A stretch of DNA of 64,000 nucleotides from Desulfobacterales bacterium (GCA_963674755.2 CAXXVS010000002.1:640001-704000); one strand, 5' to 3'; numbered from the stretch's first letter, positions 19,791 to 30,009 are shown. Numbers and translations: made by a program. The notes: generated by a model from the letters alone, not told the origin.

Positions 19791-20957
19791 TCATCCGCAG
19801 ACGGTCGGAGGGCGGTCCGCCGGGCGCTGCTTGAGCTGTGCCAGGGATTCCAGCAGGGCGTCATAGTGGTCGATCATGTTGTCCCAGGCGTAACATCCCA
19901 TGGCTTGGGCGAGCTGAGCGCGCAGCGCGTGGTACTCATTGAACCGCACCAGCAAACGGCGCAGTCGGGCGATCAGGTCTTCCTGATCCTGATACAAAAC
20001 ATGGGGGTGGAAGCTCTCCGGGATGACTTCCGGATAGGCCAACCGTTGCGGCAGCAAGGGGAAACACCCGAACCGCACGGCTTCGACAACGGAAATACCG
20101 AAGTTTTCCTGCTGGGCGGTGCTGACAACGACGGCTCCCTGTTTGAGCCAGTCGACATACGCCGCCCGGGAGGTCACGTGCCCGTACTGCAGAATTCTGG
20201 TGCCGAAGCGCTTGCGGGCATGAATAAAGACCTTGGGTACGGTTTGGCAGTTTTCGCCCAGAAGTGCAAGGCGAAAATCCACGCCCTGGTCGGCAACGGC
20301 TTCCAGGGCGTTGAAAAATAGTTCGGGATTCTTGTCGAATTCCCAGCGGTGATTCCAGATAATCAAGGGGGCCTGCGTCCTATTGCCTTCGGGCAGCGGG
20401 TGATCGTTGGCCGGAATGCGGCAGCCGGGATAGAGAACATCGGCTTTGGACCGGATGGCGTTGACGACCCATTTCGGGCGGTGCTCCGGCATCATCTTTA
20501 AAAATACCGGCAGGCCGTCGAAAAACGCTTCGCAATGGGTGCGCGAGTTGAATCGGATGCGATCGGCGGCCAGGGCTGTCGTGATGTCCGTGAAGCCGAA
20601 CTGATAATCCATTTGTTCGCCTGGTGCCAGGGGATAGGTGAGCTGATTTTCATGGAAATAGACCAGGACCGGCGGGCAGCCCTGGCCGGCCAGGGCTTTG
20701 AAATCCGTCAGGCTCAACAGGTCGGTGACAATCAGCCCGTCGTAGCGGTCAAGCGGAGGCGCTTTTTTGATAAAGTGCAGGGCCGCCCCCCGCATGCGCC
20801 ATTTCCAGAAGCGGGCCGGCAGGGTCACCAGATCGATGGCATGGCGCGAGTGGGCAATCAGGCCGTCGGCGAAGTCCTTATGGGATCCGCCGTAGAAGGA
20901 CTCCAGAAATAGAAAGCGTTTTTGACGGGCCAAAGGAACTCCTCGAGTGGTCTGCAA
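19791..20957 (-). CDS. DUF3524-domain GT-B glycosyltransferase (GTDC1-like)
   Basis: LESFYGGSH, LPARFWKWRMRG, YFHENQLTYP, WNHRWEFDKNP, ENFGISVVEA; start uncertain. Confidence 0.85.
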   Translation of the reverse strand: MQTTRGVPLARQKRFLFLESFYGGSHKDFADGLIAHSRHAIDLVTLPARFWKWRMRGAALHFIKKAPPLDRYDGLIVTDLLSLTDFKALAGQGCPPVLVYFHENQLTYPLAPGEQMDYQFGFTDITTALAADRIRFNSRTHCEAFFDGLPVFLKMMPEHRPKWVVNAIRSKADVLYPGCRIPANDHPLPEGNRTQAPLIIWNHRWEFDKNPELFFNALEAVADQGVDFRLALLGENCQTVPKVFIHARKRFGTRILQYGHVTSRAAYVDWLKQGAVVVSTAQQENFGISVVEAVRFGCFPLLPQRLAYPEVIPESFHPHVLYQDQEDLIARLRRLLVRFNEYHALRAQLAQAMGCYAWDNMIDHYDALLESLAQLKQRPADRPPTVCG

Positions 20958-20989
20958 TACAACGGTTGTGCAGGATTGTCAGAAGGTTT

Positions 20990-21172
20990 CTGTCCATAAA
21001 TGGTCGCTCTTGGCTTTTCCGGCAAGGCCCGCACACATTTTCCCGCTTAGCGGAACTTCCCGGAGGGTCGATTCCGACTGGTGGGTGTCAACCGGAGGAA
21101 TCGTCCGCTATGTTGAGGATTGAAAACAAGCGCGGACGCCGCCGGAGGTCAAAAGTTGCCGTTTACGGGTGG
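20990..21172 (+). repeat. Palindromic dispersed repeat, copy B (diverged)
   Basis: Ends TGTCCATAAATGG... and ...CCGTTTACGGGTGG form an imperfect inverted repeat; internal CAAGGCC, ACTTCCCG, CCGGAGG, GAGGATT, AAGCGCG are collinear with copy C. Confidence 0.6.
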
Positions 21173-21271
21173 TGTCCTGCGACGCGGACTTCATAGCATC
21201 ACGAAAAAGCTATTGACAGGAAAAATAAAATCGATAATGAATGGGATCGTTATCAACGCCGGGAGAACCCC

Positions 21272-21352
21272 ATGCCCTTATTCGGCATCAGCACAGCAAT
21301 GGTTGCAGGACGCTTCTTTTTTAGCTTTAGAGGCGTTCATCCGGCGTCGTAA
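21272..21352 (+). CDS. Phe-rich attenuator leader peptide MPLFGISTAMVAGRFFFSFRGVHPAS (pheL-like)
   Basis: GGGAGA RBS; 5 Phe codons, 4 clustered at 21314-21328; upstream of a terminator and aroF-pheA. Confidence 0.85.
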   Translation: MPLFGISTAMVAGRFFFSFRGVHPAS

Positions 21353-21409
21353 CCCTTAAAATTACGCCCCGGGTGGACATCAGGATCCACTCGGGGTTTA
21401 AATACCTGC

Positions 21410-21444
21410 AAGCCCCGAGATGAAAATCTCGGGGCTTTTTTTTT
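21410..21444 (+). terminator. Intrinsic terminator of the phe attenuator
   Basis: AAGCCCCGAGAT-GAAA-ATCTCGGGGCTT followed by a T run. Confidence 0.92.
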
Positions 21445-21481
21445 GCAGGTTTTGATTAACTCTCCAATAGAGGATGAAGGC

Positions 21482-22324
21482 ATGAAGAACTTGAAACTGG
21501 CCTCGCGTGAAAGGGAGGAACGAACGGTTATCCAAGTCGGCGATGTGGCTTTCGGCCGGGATTTTGTCGTCATGGCGGGCCCCTGCAGTGTCGAAAGCGA
21601 AATGCAGACCCTGGAAGCCGCCCGGGCCGTCAAGGCGGCCGGCGCCGATATTCTGCGGGGCGGCGCTTTTAAACCGCGAACCTCGCCGTATTCCTTTCAA
21701 GGGCTGGGATTGCAGGGGCTCAAAATCCTGGACAAAGCCCGCCGGGAGACCGGACTGCCCATTGTCACCGAGGTGCTCGACCCGCGGGATGTTTCCTGGG
21801 TGGCCGAGTTTGCCGATATTTTGCAGATCGGCACCCGCAACATGCAGAACTTTTCCCTGCTCAAGGAGGTGGGCACCACGCAACTGCCGGTCCTGCTCAA
21901 ACGGGGGATGTTTTCCACCCTGGAGGAATGGCTCAACTGTGCGGAATACATCCTGAGTGAAGGCAATCCCAATGTCATCCTTTGCGAGCGGGGGATCCGG
22001 ACTTTTGAAAACTATACCCGCAACACCCTGGATCTCAGTGCGGTTCCGGCCATCAAAGAACTGACCCATTTGCCCATCGTGATCGACCCCACCCACAGCA
22101 CGGGCCGGCTCAGCCTGATTCCCCCCATGAGCCTGGCGGCCGTGGCGGCCGGGGCCGACGGCCTGCTGATCGAGGTCCACCATGATCCTGCCCAGGCGCT
22201 TTGTGATGCCGACCAGGCCTTAACCCCCCGGCACTTTGAGACGCTCATGCGGCAATTACGGCCGCTGCATGGGTTTATGCGAACGTTGGCCGATGAAACC
22301 GCAAAGACCGCCGCGACGGCCTAA
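21482..22324 (+). CDS. aroF: DAHP synthase (3-deoxy-7-phosphoheptulonate synthase), type I-beta
   Basis: [54 protein letters not shown]. Confidence 0.93.
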   Translation: MKNLKLASREREERTVIQVGDVAFGRDFVVMAGPCSVESEMQTLEAARAVKAAGADILRGGAFKPRTSPYSFQGLGLQGLKILDKARRETGLPIVTEVLDPRDVSWVAEFADILQIGTRNMQNFSLLKEVGTTQLPVLLKRGMFSTLEEWLNCAEYILSEGNPNVILCERGIRTFENYTRNTLDLSAVPAIKELTHLPIVIDPTHSTGRLSLIPPMSLAAVAAGADGLLIEVHHDPAQALCDADQALTPRHFETLMRQLRPLHGFMRTLADETAKTAATA

Positions 22325-22364
22325 CCGGCCGAAGCCATACGGCATGCAATGATGAGGAGACCCC

Positions 22365-23429
22365 ATGAAACTAGATGAAATTCGGTACAAGATCGATCGG
22401 ATCGACCGCGAACTCCTGGTGCTGTTGCAGGAGCGCATGGGACTGGCCCTGCGTTCGAAGAAGTTCAAAGAAGTCGTCAGCGATCCCGGACGGGAAGAGG
22501 ACCTGCTGGCCCGCGCGGAGCGCCTGAATCTGGATTTGGTGGAACGTTCTTTTACGCGTCAGCTGCTCCAGACGATCATTCAGGAGAGCAAGCGGCTCCA
22601 GGAAGAGGACCGCAGACTGGTCGCTTTCCAGGGGGAGCACGGCGCCTATGGCGAAGTGGCATCGCGCCAACTGGTTTCCAACGGCGCCTATATTCCCTGC
22701 CTGGAATTCGTGGATGTCTTCCGCGGGGTGGAAGCGGGTGATCTCGACCTGGGGGTGGTTCCGGTGGAAAATTCGCTGGAGGGGGCGGTAACCCAGGTCA
22801 ACGATCTGCTTACGACAACCCGCCTGAAGGTCATCGGCGAAATCAAAGTGCCGGTCAAACACTGCCTGCTGGCCACGCGGGGCACCGACTATCGGGAGAT
22901 CCGCGTGGTTTATTCACATCCCCAGGCCCTGGCTCAATGCCGGGGGTTTCTGATGCGCAACAAACTGGAACCCCACCCTTTTTACGACACGGCCGGCGCC
23001 GCCAAAATGCTGGCCCGGGAGAGCCCCAAGGCCTCGGCAGCCATTGCCAGCCGGCTGAGCGCCGAACTCTACGACCTGGATATCATCAAGGAAGGCATTG
23101 AAGACGGCTCCTCCAACTCCACCCGTTTTTTGCTTCTGTCACGGGACTCCTATCCTGGTAAAGGGGATAAGACCTCGATCATTTTTGCCGTCCCCCATGA
23201 AGCCGGTCAGCTATACGACGTATTGCGTCTGTTTGCCGAGGCCGATATCAACCTGACGCGCATCGCCTCCATGCCCCGGCGATCCGATCCCGGCAATTAC
23301 AGCTTCTTTCTCGATTTCGAGGGAGCCCTGCAGGATGAAAAGGTCGCGAACGTGATGGCCAGGATGGAGGAGCTGGCCATCGGTATGAAAGTGCTGGGGA
23401 GCTACCCGGCGGACAGCTCATCCCAATAG
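22365..23429 (+). CDS. pheA: Bifunctional chorismate mutase / prephenate dehydratase
   Basis: LDEIRYKIDRID CM domain; AFQGEHGAY, PVENSLEG, SHPQALAQC, NSTRF, INLTRIAS, LGSY. Confidence 0.94.
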   Translation: MKLDEIRYKIDRIDRELLVLLQERMGLALRSKKFKEVVSDPGREEDLLARAERLNLDLVERSFTRQLLQTIIQESKRLQEEDRRLVAFQGEHGAYGEVASRQLVSNGAYIPCLEFVDVFRGVEAGDLDLGVVPVENSLEGAVTQVNDLLTTTRLKVIGEIKVPVKHCLLATRGTDYREIRVVYSHPQALAQCRGFLMRNKLEPHPFYDTAGAAKMLARESPKASAAIASRLSAELYDLDIIKEGIEDGSSNSTRFLLLSRDSYPGKGDKTSIIFAVPHEAGQLYDVLRLFAEADINLTRIASMPRRSDPGNYSFFLDFEGALQDEKVANVMARMEELAIGMKVLGSYPADSSSQ

Positions 23430-23467
23430 GGGAAGGTGAGGCGGTTTTTTGGCCGGCGATCACATCG

Positions 23468-23691
23468 CCCTCCGCCGGCCAAGGCCGCCGTGATTTGTTC
23501 CGCATTGCGGGACTTCCCGCCTGATTCAACCCCGCTGGGGGTGGAAGCCGGAGGCGTGGACCGGTTACGGCGAGGATTCCCGAAGCGCGAGAACGCCGGC
23601 TTGCCCGCCAGAGGTGGCTTGATCCCCATTCGGGGACTCGGCCCACCGGCGGCGGGCCGGGGCCGCAAGATGCCATTTATGGATGGGCACT
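23468..23691 (+). repeat. Palindromic dispersed repeat, copy C
   Basis: Blocks identical to the reverse complement of copy A; right end TGCCATTTATGGATGGGCACT. Confidence 0.8.
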
Positions 23692-23758
23692 GACGGATGT
23701 TTGGACCTTGAAGAAATACTCGCCGGGACGTGGCAGGGCCCACCGCCCGGCGCTCAGG

Positions 23759-24979
23759 TCAGGTGGGACGATGTCCGGCCGTGTTGGATTCGCCGGGAGA
23801 TGCTTCGGCCGCCTTGTCGCCGGCGTTTTCCGGCAGGGTGGGGGACCGGGGCGTCAACAGCGATTTAAATTGCCCGGGATCCTCCCGGTAGATGCGGATC
23901 GCCGATAAGAGTCCCAGTTCGTCGACCACGGCAATCCCCCGGTCCAGAAACCGGTATTTCTCGAATTGCTTGCGTTCGGCGAAGGCGCGCTCGATATCGG
24001 CGCTTGCATCGCCTTCCAAAAAACGGTCCAGTACCCCGGGGAGCAGCGCGCTGACCAGTCCTCCCACGGCGGCTTCTTCGACAGCCATCCACTCCTCGAC
24101 CACCGCTTCGATATCGGCCCGTGAGTCCGGCGGGCAGCGGCTCAGCCGGTTCTTGATCGCTTCTTCCGTCGTCCCCCGCAGGCTGATATGCAGGGTTTCT
24201 TCGATCGGTGCGATGAAGACGTTGAGCGGGTTGGCGGCACTGTCACGCCAAATCGTATAGGGATTGTGCTCGAAGGAATAGAGGGCGCCGTCGTTGATAA
24301 CAAGATAAGACGAGTAGGAGCCGATTTCGCCGAGATAGACCCGATTGTCCAGCTTGATCCTGACGCTGTGGTTTGTATTTGCCGCATCAAAAAAAGCATA
24401 TTCTTCGGTATAGACATCGGCAATGTTGTGCACCAGATAGGCCGTTATACCCTCTCTCCAGGGAAGTTCCGGCGTTGCCGGAGGGCTTCTCAGGGTAGCG
24501 ATGGTCCGATAAGGATTGGGCAGGGCGGTCGCCTGCAGCACATAGTCCACCACCGACCGGCAGTAGCTTTCAAAAAGGGTGGCATAGGCATCCTGGTTTT
24601 CCGGCACCACCATCAGGTGTTGGGTCGCGTCGACCAGGCGCCATCGAAGCGCTTCACTGTTCAGCTCGGTTCGAATCTTCCCCAGGAGCGCTTCATTCTG
24701 GCTGATGAAATCCCGGTTCTCGCGGCTGAGGTCCGCGTCGATGTCCTGGCCGGTCTGGCGGAACTCAACCAGCGGCCCCTTGCGATCCTCCATCTGGATG
24801 AAATCCAGCAGCATGGCATAATTCGGTGATGCTTCGGGCGGGTTGCCGGCGAGGGCCGCTGCTGTCCGCACGAGCAAGACGGCAATCAAGGCCGCCCAAA
24901 AGGGCAGGTGCCCTGCGGGGGAGCGCCTGTGCCCGTGTCCGACGGTTGAAAAGGTTGCATGTGAAAAGACGATCATCAT
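23759..24979 (-). CDS. Hypothetical exported protein
   Basis: Long ORF with a hydrophobic signal-like segment (FWAALIAVLLVRTAAALA); no family recognised; start uncertain. Confidence 0.65.
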   Translation of the reverse strand: MMIVFSHATFSTVGHGHRRSPAGHLPFWAALIAVLLVRTAAALAGNPPEASPNYAMLLDFIQMEDRKGPLVEFRQTGQDIDADLSRENRDFISQNEALLGKIRTELNSEALRWRLVDATQHLMVVPENQDAYATLFESYCRSVVDYVLQATALPNPYRTIATLRSPPATPELPWREGITAYLVHNIADVYTEEYAFFDAANTNHSVRIKLDNRVYLGEIGSYSSYLVINDGALYSFEHNPYTIWRDSAANPLNVFIAPIEETLHISLRGTTEEAIKNRLSRCPPDSRADIEAVVEEWMAVEEAAVGGLVSALLPGVLDRFLEGDASADIERAFAERKQFEKYRFLDRGIAVVDELGLLSAIRIYREDPGQFKSLLTPRSPTLPENAGDKAAEASPGESNTAGHRPT

Positions 24980-25522
24980 ATTGCCTTCAGGGAGCGGCGG
25001 TGCCGGATTTCGGAGTGGATCCGATCGTTTTAGGTTAAAGGAAAGCAATAAACAGGCCAGGGTCCGCTGCAAGTGTTCTTTTGCGTTTGATGTTATGGCA
25101 AAACCTAAAAAAATAAATAATATCAATAAGTAAAAATGTAAAAAGAATGCTGTGCGCACGTTCTGGCGCCAAGGAGAAGACCGTGTGCGCTGATTGAGAC
25201 AAATCTTTAAAAGTGATTTTGACGGACTACGTCATATCGCTGTCGAAAATTGTCAGTTTAGCGCGGCGCCGGGCCGCGATTGATCGGAGGCCTGGCGTGA
25301 CCAAAAAGGCGGGGGCGATGTCGATCGTATCCGGACAGCTTGAACCCGGCCGCCGATGCGCTTACGGTCGACATGCCGGACATGGGGAGACAGCGGGTGA
25401 TCATTATGGTAATGTCCCGCTCCGATTACGGACGATTTGTAAAAAGCAATAACGGCGTTACGCTTTATCCCTCGTGGTCTCACGGGTGAAAATCCTTTGA
25501 CCAACGGTACGGAATGTAACCG

Positions 25523-26617
25523 ATGACCATAAGACTATTGGAAATGACCTATCCGGACCTGACAGAGACCCTTGCCGAGCGCTATGGCAAAGGCCCTTTC
25601 CTGGCCGGAGCCCTTTACCGGTCATTTTATAAAGAACTCAATCCCCACGCCTGGCAGGCGCCCGCCATCCAGGCCTCGCCGGGGCTTGGGGAATGCCTGC
25701 AGCAGACGATGGCCTTTGAGCCCGGGGAGGTCGTGGATGAGGTCGACCAGGAGGGCGTCATCAAATTTGTCACCGCCTTGCAGGACGGTCATCGGATCGA
25801 ATCCGTGATCCTGCCCATGGAAACCCATTTGACCATCTGTGTTTCCAGTCAGGCCGGGTGCCGCATGGGATGCCGGTTTTGCGAAACAGGCCGCCTGGGC
25901 CTCCTGCGGCAGCTTACCGTAGAGGAAATCGTCGGACAGGTCTATCAGGCCCGTAGACGGTTTGGCGCCCGGATTCGCAATGTGGTGTTCATGGGGATGG
26001 GCGAACCGTTCGATAATTTTGATGCGGTGCTCCAGGCGGTTCGCGTTTTAAGCGACCAGCGCGGTCTTGACATTGCCCAGCGCTATATTACCGTTTCGAC
26101 GGCCGGACACATCGCGGGGATCGAAAAGCTGGCCTCCCTGGACATGCCGCATCTCAAACTGGCGGTTTCGCTCAACGCCCCCAATGATGCGCTTCGCTCG
26201 CAATTGATGCCCATCAATCGGACGACCAACCTGGCACAGCTTCAGGCCAGCCTCATGCGCTTTCCACTAAAAAAAGGCCATGAACTGATGATTGCCTATG
26301 TGCTGATCCCCGGCGTGAATGACACTGTGGAATGCGTCCAACAACTGGCGCGCTGGTTGGTGCCCCTGAAAGCCAAGGTCAATTTGATTCCCTTCAATCC
26401 CGGTACCCGGAGCCCCTATCGGTCGCCGACCGAAGCGGAACTGGCGCGTTTCCGCCGGCAACTGATCGATCTGGCGGTGAACGTCCAGAAACGGGCCTCC
26501 CGGGGCCGTGATCTCATGGCAGCCTGCGGACAGCTGGGAAAGGCCTGCGAGAAGCGAATTGTCCCTGCCGGCGAGGGGAAATCCACCACAGGAAGCAGGA
26601 CATGCCATGGACGCTGA
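25523..26617 (+). CDS. rlmN: 23S rRNA m2A2503 methyltransferase RlmN (radical SAM)
   Basis: CVSSQAGCRMGCRFC, NVVFMGMGEP, SLNA, VNLIPFN, AACGQL. Confidence 0.9.
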   Translation: MTIRLLEMTYPDLTETLAERYGKGPFLAGALYRSFYKELNPHAWQAPAIQASPGLGECLQQTMAFEPGEVVDEVDQEGVIKFVTALQDGHRIESVILPMETHLTICVSSQAGCRMGCRFCETGRLGLLRQLTVEEIVGQVYQARRRFGARIRNVVFMGMGEPFDNFDAVLQAVRVLSDQRGLDIAQRYITVSTAGHIAGIEKLASLDMPHLKLAVSLNAPNDALRSQLMPINRTTNLAQLQASLMRFPLKKGHELMIAYVLIPGVNDTVECVQQLARWLVPLKAKVNLIPFNPGTRSPYRSPTEAELARFRRQLIDLAVNVQKRASRGRDLMAACGQLGKACEKRIVPAGEGKSTTGSRTCHGR

Positions 26618-27095
26618 TACGCCCAAGAGCCGGACCCGGCAAAAGAATGAAGATCGCGCCTTGCAGCGCCTGGGAGAGCAGCTTTTAACACTGTCGTCGG
26701 AGCAACTGGCCTCCCTCGATATGCCCGAAACCCTTCGGCAGGCGATCGGTGCATGCCGCCGCATGAAATCCCATGGCGCCCGGCGCCGCCAGCAGCAATA
26801 CATCGGCGTGTTGATGCGCAACGTCGATGCGGATACGATTCGTACCGGACTCGAACGGATCCGGGGCGGGGCGGTGCCCCAGGCCCGGATCTTCAGAAAG
26901 CTGGAGACCTGGCGGGATGCTTTGCGGGAAGGCGATGAAACGATTCTGGAGGAAGTCCTCGACCAGTGCCCGGATGCCGATCGACGGCATCTGACAGAAC
27001 TCATGCGAAACGCCCGGCCGGAGGTTGGCGCCGACAAAGCCACCAAGGCGTCCCGCATGCTGTTTCGCTATCTGCGGGAGATCTACAATGATTGA
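26607..27095 (+). CDS. yjgA: Ribosome biogenesis factor YjgA/DarP (DUF615)
   Basis: KSRTRQK...LQRLGEQL, RRRQQQYIGVLMR, LETWRDAL, LFRYLRE. Confidence 0.88.
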   Translation: MDADTPKSRTRQKNEDRALQRLGEQLLTLSSEQLASLDMPETLRQAIGACRRMKSHGARRRQQQYIGVLMRNVDADTIRTGLERIRGGAVPQARIFRKLETWRDALREGDETILEEVLDQCPDADRRHLTELMRNARPEVGADKATKASRMLFRYLREIYND

Positions 27096-27591
27096 TCTTT
27101 TAAAACGTTTTGTCAGCAACACCGTCGGTGCGGAAAAGGATAACCACACGGCGGACGATTATAAACTCAGCCTGGCGACCTGTGCGCTTCTCGTGGAAAT
27201 GGCCCGTATCGACGAATCTTTTACCGACCAGGAAACCGCTGCTATTCTGCATATCCTGAAAACCCAATACGGGGTTTCCGAGGAGCACGCCAAAGCCCTC
27301 GTGGCGGAGGCGGAGAAGGAATTGGAGAAGAGTGTCGATCTCTGGCAGTTCGCCCGCCTGATAAACGACCATTATTCCCGCGCGGAGAAAATCGGTATTA
27401 TCGAAACCTTATGGCAGGTGGTTTTCGTCGACGGCCAAATGGACCAGTACGAGGACTATCTGATGCATAAGATGGCCAACTTGCTGCGCCTGACCCACAA
27501 AGAGCTCATGGATGCCAAGCTGAAAATCCTGCACGGCGACCCCCGTTCAAAGACACCGGGCCAAGGTGCCCGGGGTGGCGAACCGCATTGA
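27088..27591 (+). CDS. TerB-family (tellurite resistance-like) protein
   Basis: ALLVEMARID, DLWQFARLIN, LWQVVFVDG...YE...ANLL. Confidence 0.85.
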   Translation: MIDLLKRFVSNTVGAEKDNHTADDYKLSLATCALLVEMARIDESFTDQETAAILHILKTQYGVSEEHAKALVAEAEKELEKSVDLWQFARLINDHYSRAEKIGIIETLWQVVFVDGQMDQYEDYLMHKMANLLRLTHKELMDAKLKILHGDPRSKTPGQGARGGEPH

Positions 27592-28001
27592 AAAAGCCTA
27601 AAGTCAGCGGCAAACCGGCCGATAAGCATGGAGAAGCGCACGACGGTCGCCCGGCGGGCGGAAATTGTTTTCGATGCCGGCCTATCGCAGCATCAGCGCT
27701 TGATTTTATTTTAAAATTGAGGGATAATTACGACTATCATGTCTTTACGGCGCAGCGTGCATTTAGGGCTTGCATATCCTGCCCATCTGATATAGAGGCA
27801 AGCCGGCAAATAAATGTGGCGCTGGCCCATAACAATCCAGCAATCCATCCCGCGTAGGCGGGATTTTTACAATGAATACCTCCCGCCTGGCCGGCACGGT
27901 CGGCGAGAGGGTCGCGAGCTTCGATAAACCCCCGAAAAGGCTAACGCTGCCGGAACAATCCCGCTCGCATTCTGCAACCTCTCTCTGGAACGACAAGGAC
28001 A

Positions 28002-28160
28002 ATGGACGAAGCGAAAAAAAAGCAGTTGGAAGCCAAATTGCGTCAAATGTTTCTCAATGCCAGCCAACCTCAGGAAGAAGACCGACCGACCTCCCATAAG
28101 CCCCGGAATATCCGCGTTATCCGTCGCCGCAAGGGCGAACCCGATATGCAAATCGCCTGA
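28002..28160 (+). CDS. Small hypothetical protein, 52 aa (below the ORF-track cutoff)
   Basis: AAGGAC RBS; MDEAKKKQLEAKLRQMFLNASQPQEEDRPTSHKPRNIRVIRRRKGEPDMQIA. Confidence 0.65.
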   Translation: MDEAKKKQLEAKLRQMFLNASQPQEEDRPTSHKPRNIRVIRRRKGEPDMQIA

Positions 28161-28422
28161 TATCGGCGTTCATCATTAGCTGCTGTCCGATTGCCGCTCC
28201 GCGGGGCGGTTTATCAATGATACGGTATCGATCAGGCTGCTATCTGTGAGCCGGCTTGGTTTCCTTTCCCTATGGCCGATATGCCCTGGGTTTTAGGGGA
28301 GGCCTTGGCACTGCTGACGATCGCGGAGGGGCGATGCAACCGTTAAGGCTGGGCCGCGCAGTTGGCCGTCCGTTAAGGATGGTATATCGTTTTGACGGAC
28401 CAGCGTTGGACATGGCAGGACT

Positions 28423-30009
28423 ATGAAAAAGCGTTTCCAGAACGAAATCGATCGCCGCCGCACCTTCGGCATCATCAGCCATCCGGATGCCGGTAAAACC
28501 ACGTTGACCGAAAAGCTGCTGCTGTTCGGGGGCGCGATTCAGCAGGCTGGTGCGGTCAGAGCCCGCAAGGCCGCCCGGCATGCCACCAGCGACTGGATGT
28601 CCATCGAAAAAGAGCGCGGCATCTCGGTGACCAGTTCGGTCATGAAGTTCAACTATCGCGATTTCGAGATCAACCTGCTGGACACGCCGGGCCATCAGGA
28701 TTTCTCCGAGGATACCTACCGCGTCCTGACGGCCGTGGACAGTGCCCTCATGGTGATCGACAGCGCCAAAGGGGTGGAGCCGCAGACCGAAAAGCTGATG
28801 GAAGTCTGCCGCATGCGCAATACGCCCATCATCACCTTTATCAACAAGTTGGACCGGGAAGGCATGGCGCCCCTCGATCTTCTCGACGAAATCGAGAACA
28901 AGCTGCAAATCGAATGCACCCCCTTGTCATGGCCCATCGGCATGGGCAAGACCTTCAAAGGGGTCTATAACCTCTACCGCCGTGAACTCCACCTGTTCGA
29001 GCCCGGCCAGGAAACCGTCGGGAAACCCGGGGTCGTGGTCAAGGATCTGGCGGATCCCATCCTGGACGACCTTCTGGGGAGCCAGGCCGACACCCTGCGG
29101 GACGACATCGCCCTGCTGGAGGGGGCGGTGGACCCTTTCGAGACGTCCCACTTTCTCAACGGCAGCCAGACGCCGGTGTTCTTCGGCAGTGCCATCAACA
29201 ATTTCGGGGTCAAGGAAATGCTGGACGCCTTCGTGGAACTAGCGCCCCATCCCGGCCCCCGCAAGGCGGTTTCCCGCGAGGTATCGCCCTATGAGGACGA
29301 TTTCGCCGGCTTTGCATTTAAAATACAGGCCAATATGAATCCGGCCCATCGGGACCGGATCGCCTTCGTGCGGATTTGCGCCGGAAAGTTTACCCGGGGG
29401 ATGAAGGTTATCCACCACCGCATCGGCAAAGAAGTAACCCTGGCCAACGCCACCATATTCATGGCCCAGGACCGCGCCAACGTCGAGGAGGCCTTCCCCG
29501 GCGATATCATCGGCATCTATAACCACGGTACCATCAAGATCGGCGATACCTTTTCCGCCGGAGAACCGCTAAAATTTCTGGGCATCCCCAATTTTGCGCC
29601 GGAACATTTCCGCCGCGTACAGCTCAAAAACCCTTTGAAGACCAAGCAGCTCAACAAGGGCTTGATCCAACTGGCCGAGGAGGGCGCGGTGCAGGTGTTC
29701 CGGCCCATCATGGGCAGTGATTACATCATCGGCGCAGTGGGCGTTCTGCAATTCGACGTGACCATGGCCCGCCTCAAGGCCGAATACAGCGTGGATGCGG
29801 TGTATGAACCGGTGGATTATGCCGTGGCCCGCTGGGTGGATTGCGAAGATCGCAAGAAGCTGGCCGAGTTCGAAAAGAAGAATATGGCCAATCTCGCCCG
29901 GGATGCCGAAGGCTGTCTGTCCTACCTGGCGCCCAGTGAATGGAAGCTGGGATTCTGTATGGAACAATGGCCGGAAATCGCTTTTTACAAAACCCGCGAC
30001 GTGCGGTGA
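28423..30009 (+). CDS. prfC: Peptide chain release factor 3
   Basis: [55 protein letters not shown]. Confidence 0.97.
   Translation: MKKRFQNEIDRRRTFGIISHPDAGKTTLTEKLLLFGGAIQQAGAVRARKAARHATSDWMSIEKERGISVTSSVMKFNYRDFEINLLDTPGHQDFSEDTYRVLTAVDSALMVIDSAKGVEPQTEKLMEVCRMRNTPIITFINKLDREGMAPLDLLDEIENKLQIECTPLSWPIGMGKTFKGVYNLYRRELHLFEPGQETVGKPGVVVKDLADPILDDLLGSQADTLRDDIALLEGAVDPFETSHFLNGSQTPVFFGSAINNFGVKEMLDAFVELAPHPGPRKAVSREVSPYEDDFAGFAFKIQANMNPAHRDRIAFVRICAGKFTRGMKVIHHRIGKEVTLANATIFMAQDRANVEEAFPGDIIGIYNHGTIKIGDTFSAGEPLKFLGIPNFAPEHFRRVQLKNPLKTKQLNKGLIQLAEEGAVQVFRPIMGSDYIIGAVGVLQFDVTMARLKAEYSVDAVYEPVDYAVARWVDCEDRKKLAEFEKKNMANLARDAEGCLSYLAPSEWKLGFCMEQWPEIAFYKTRDVR

Noticed and set aside
25523..26617. 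Cfr-type resistance methyltransferase
   Set aside because: Motifs and housekeeping context fit RlmN; nothing specifically indicates Cfr without a phylogeny
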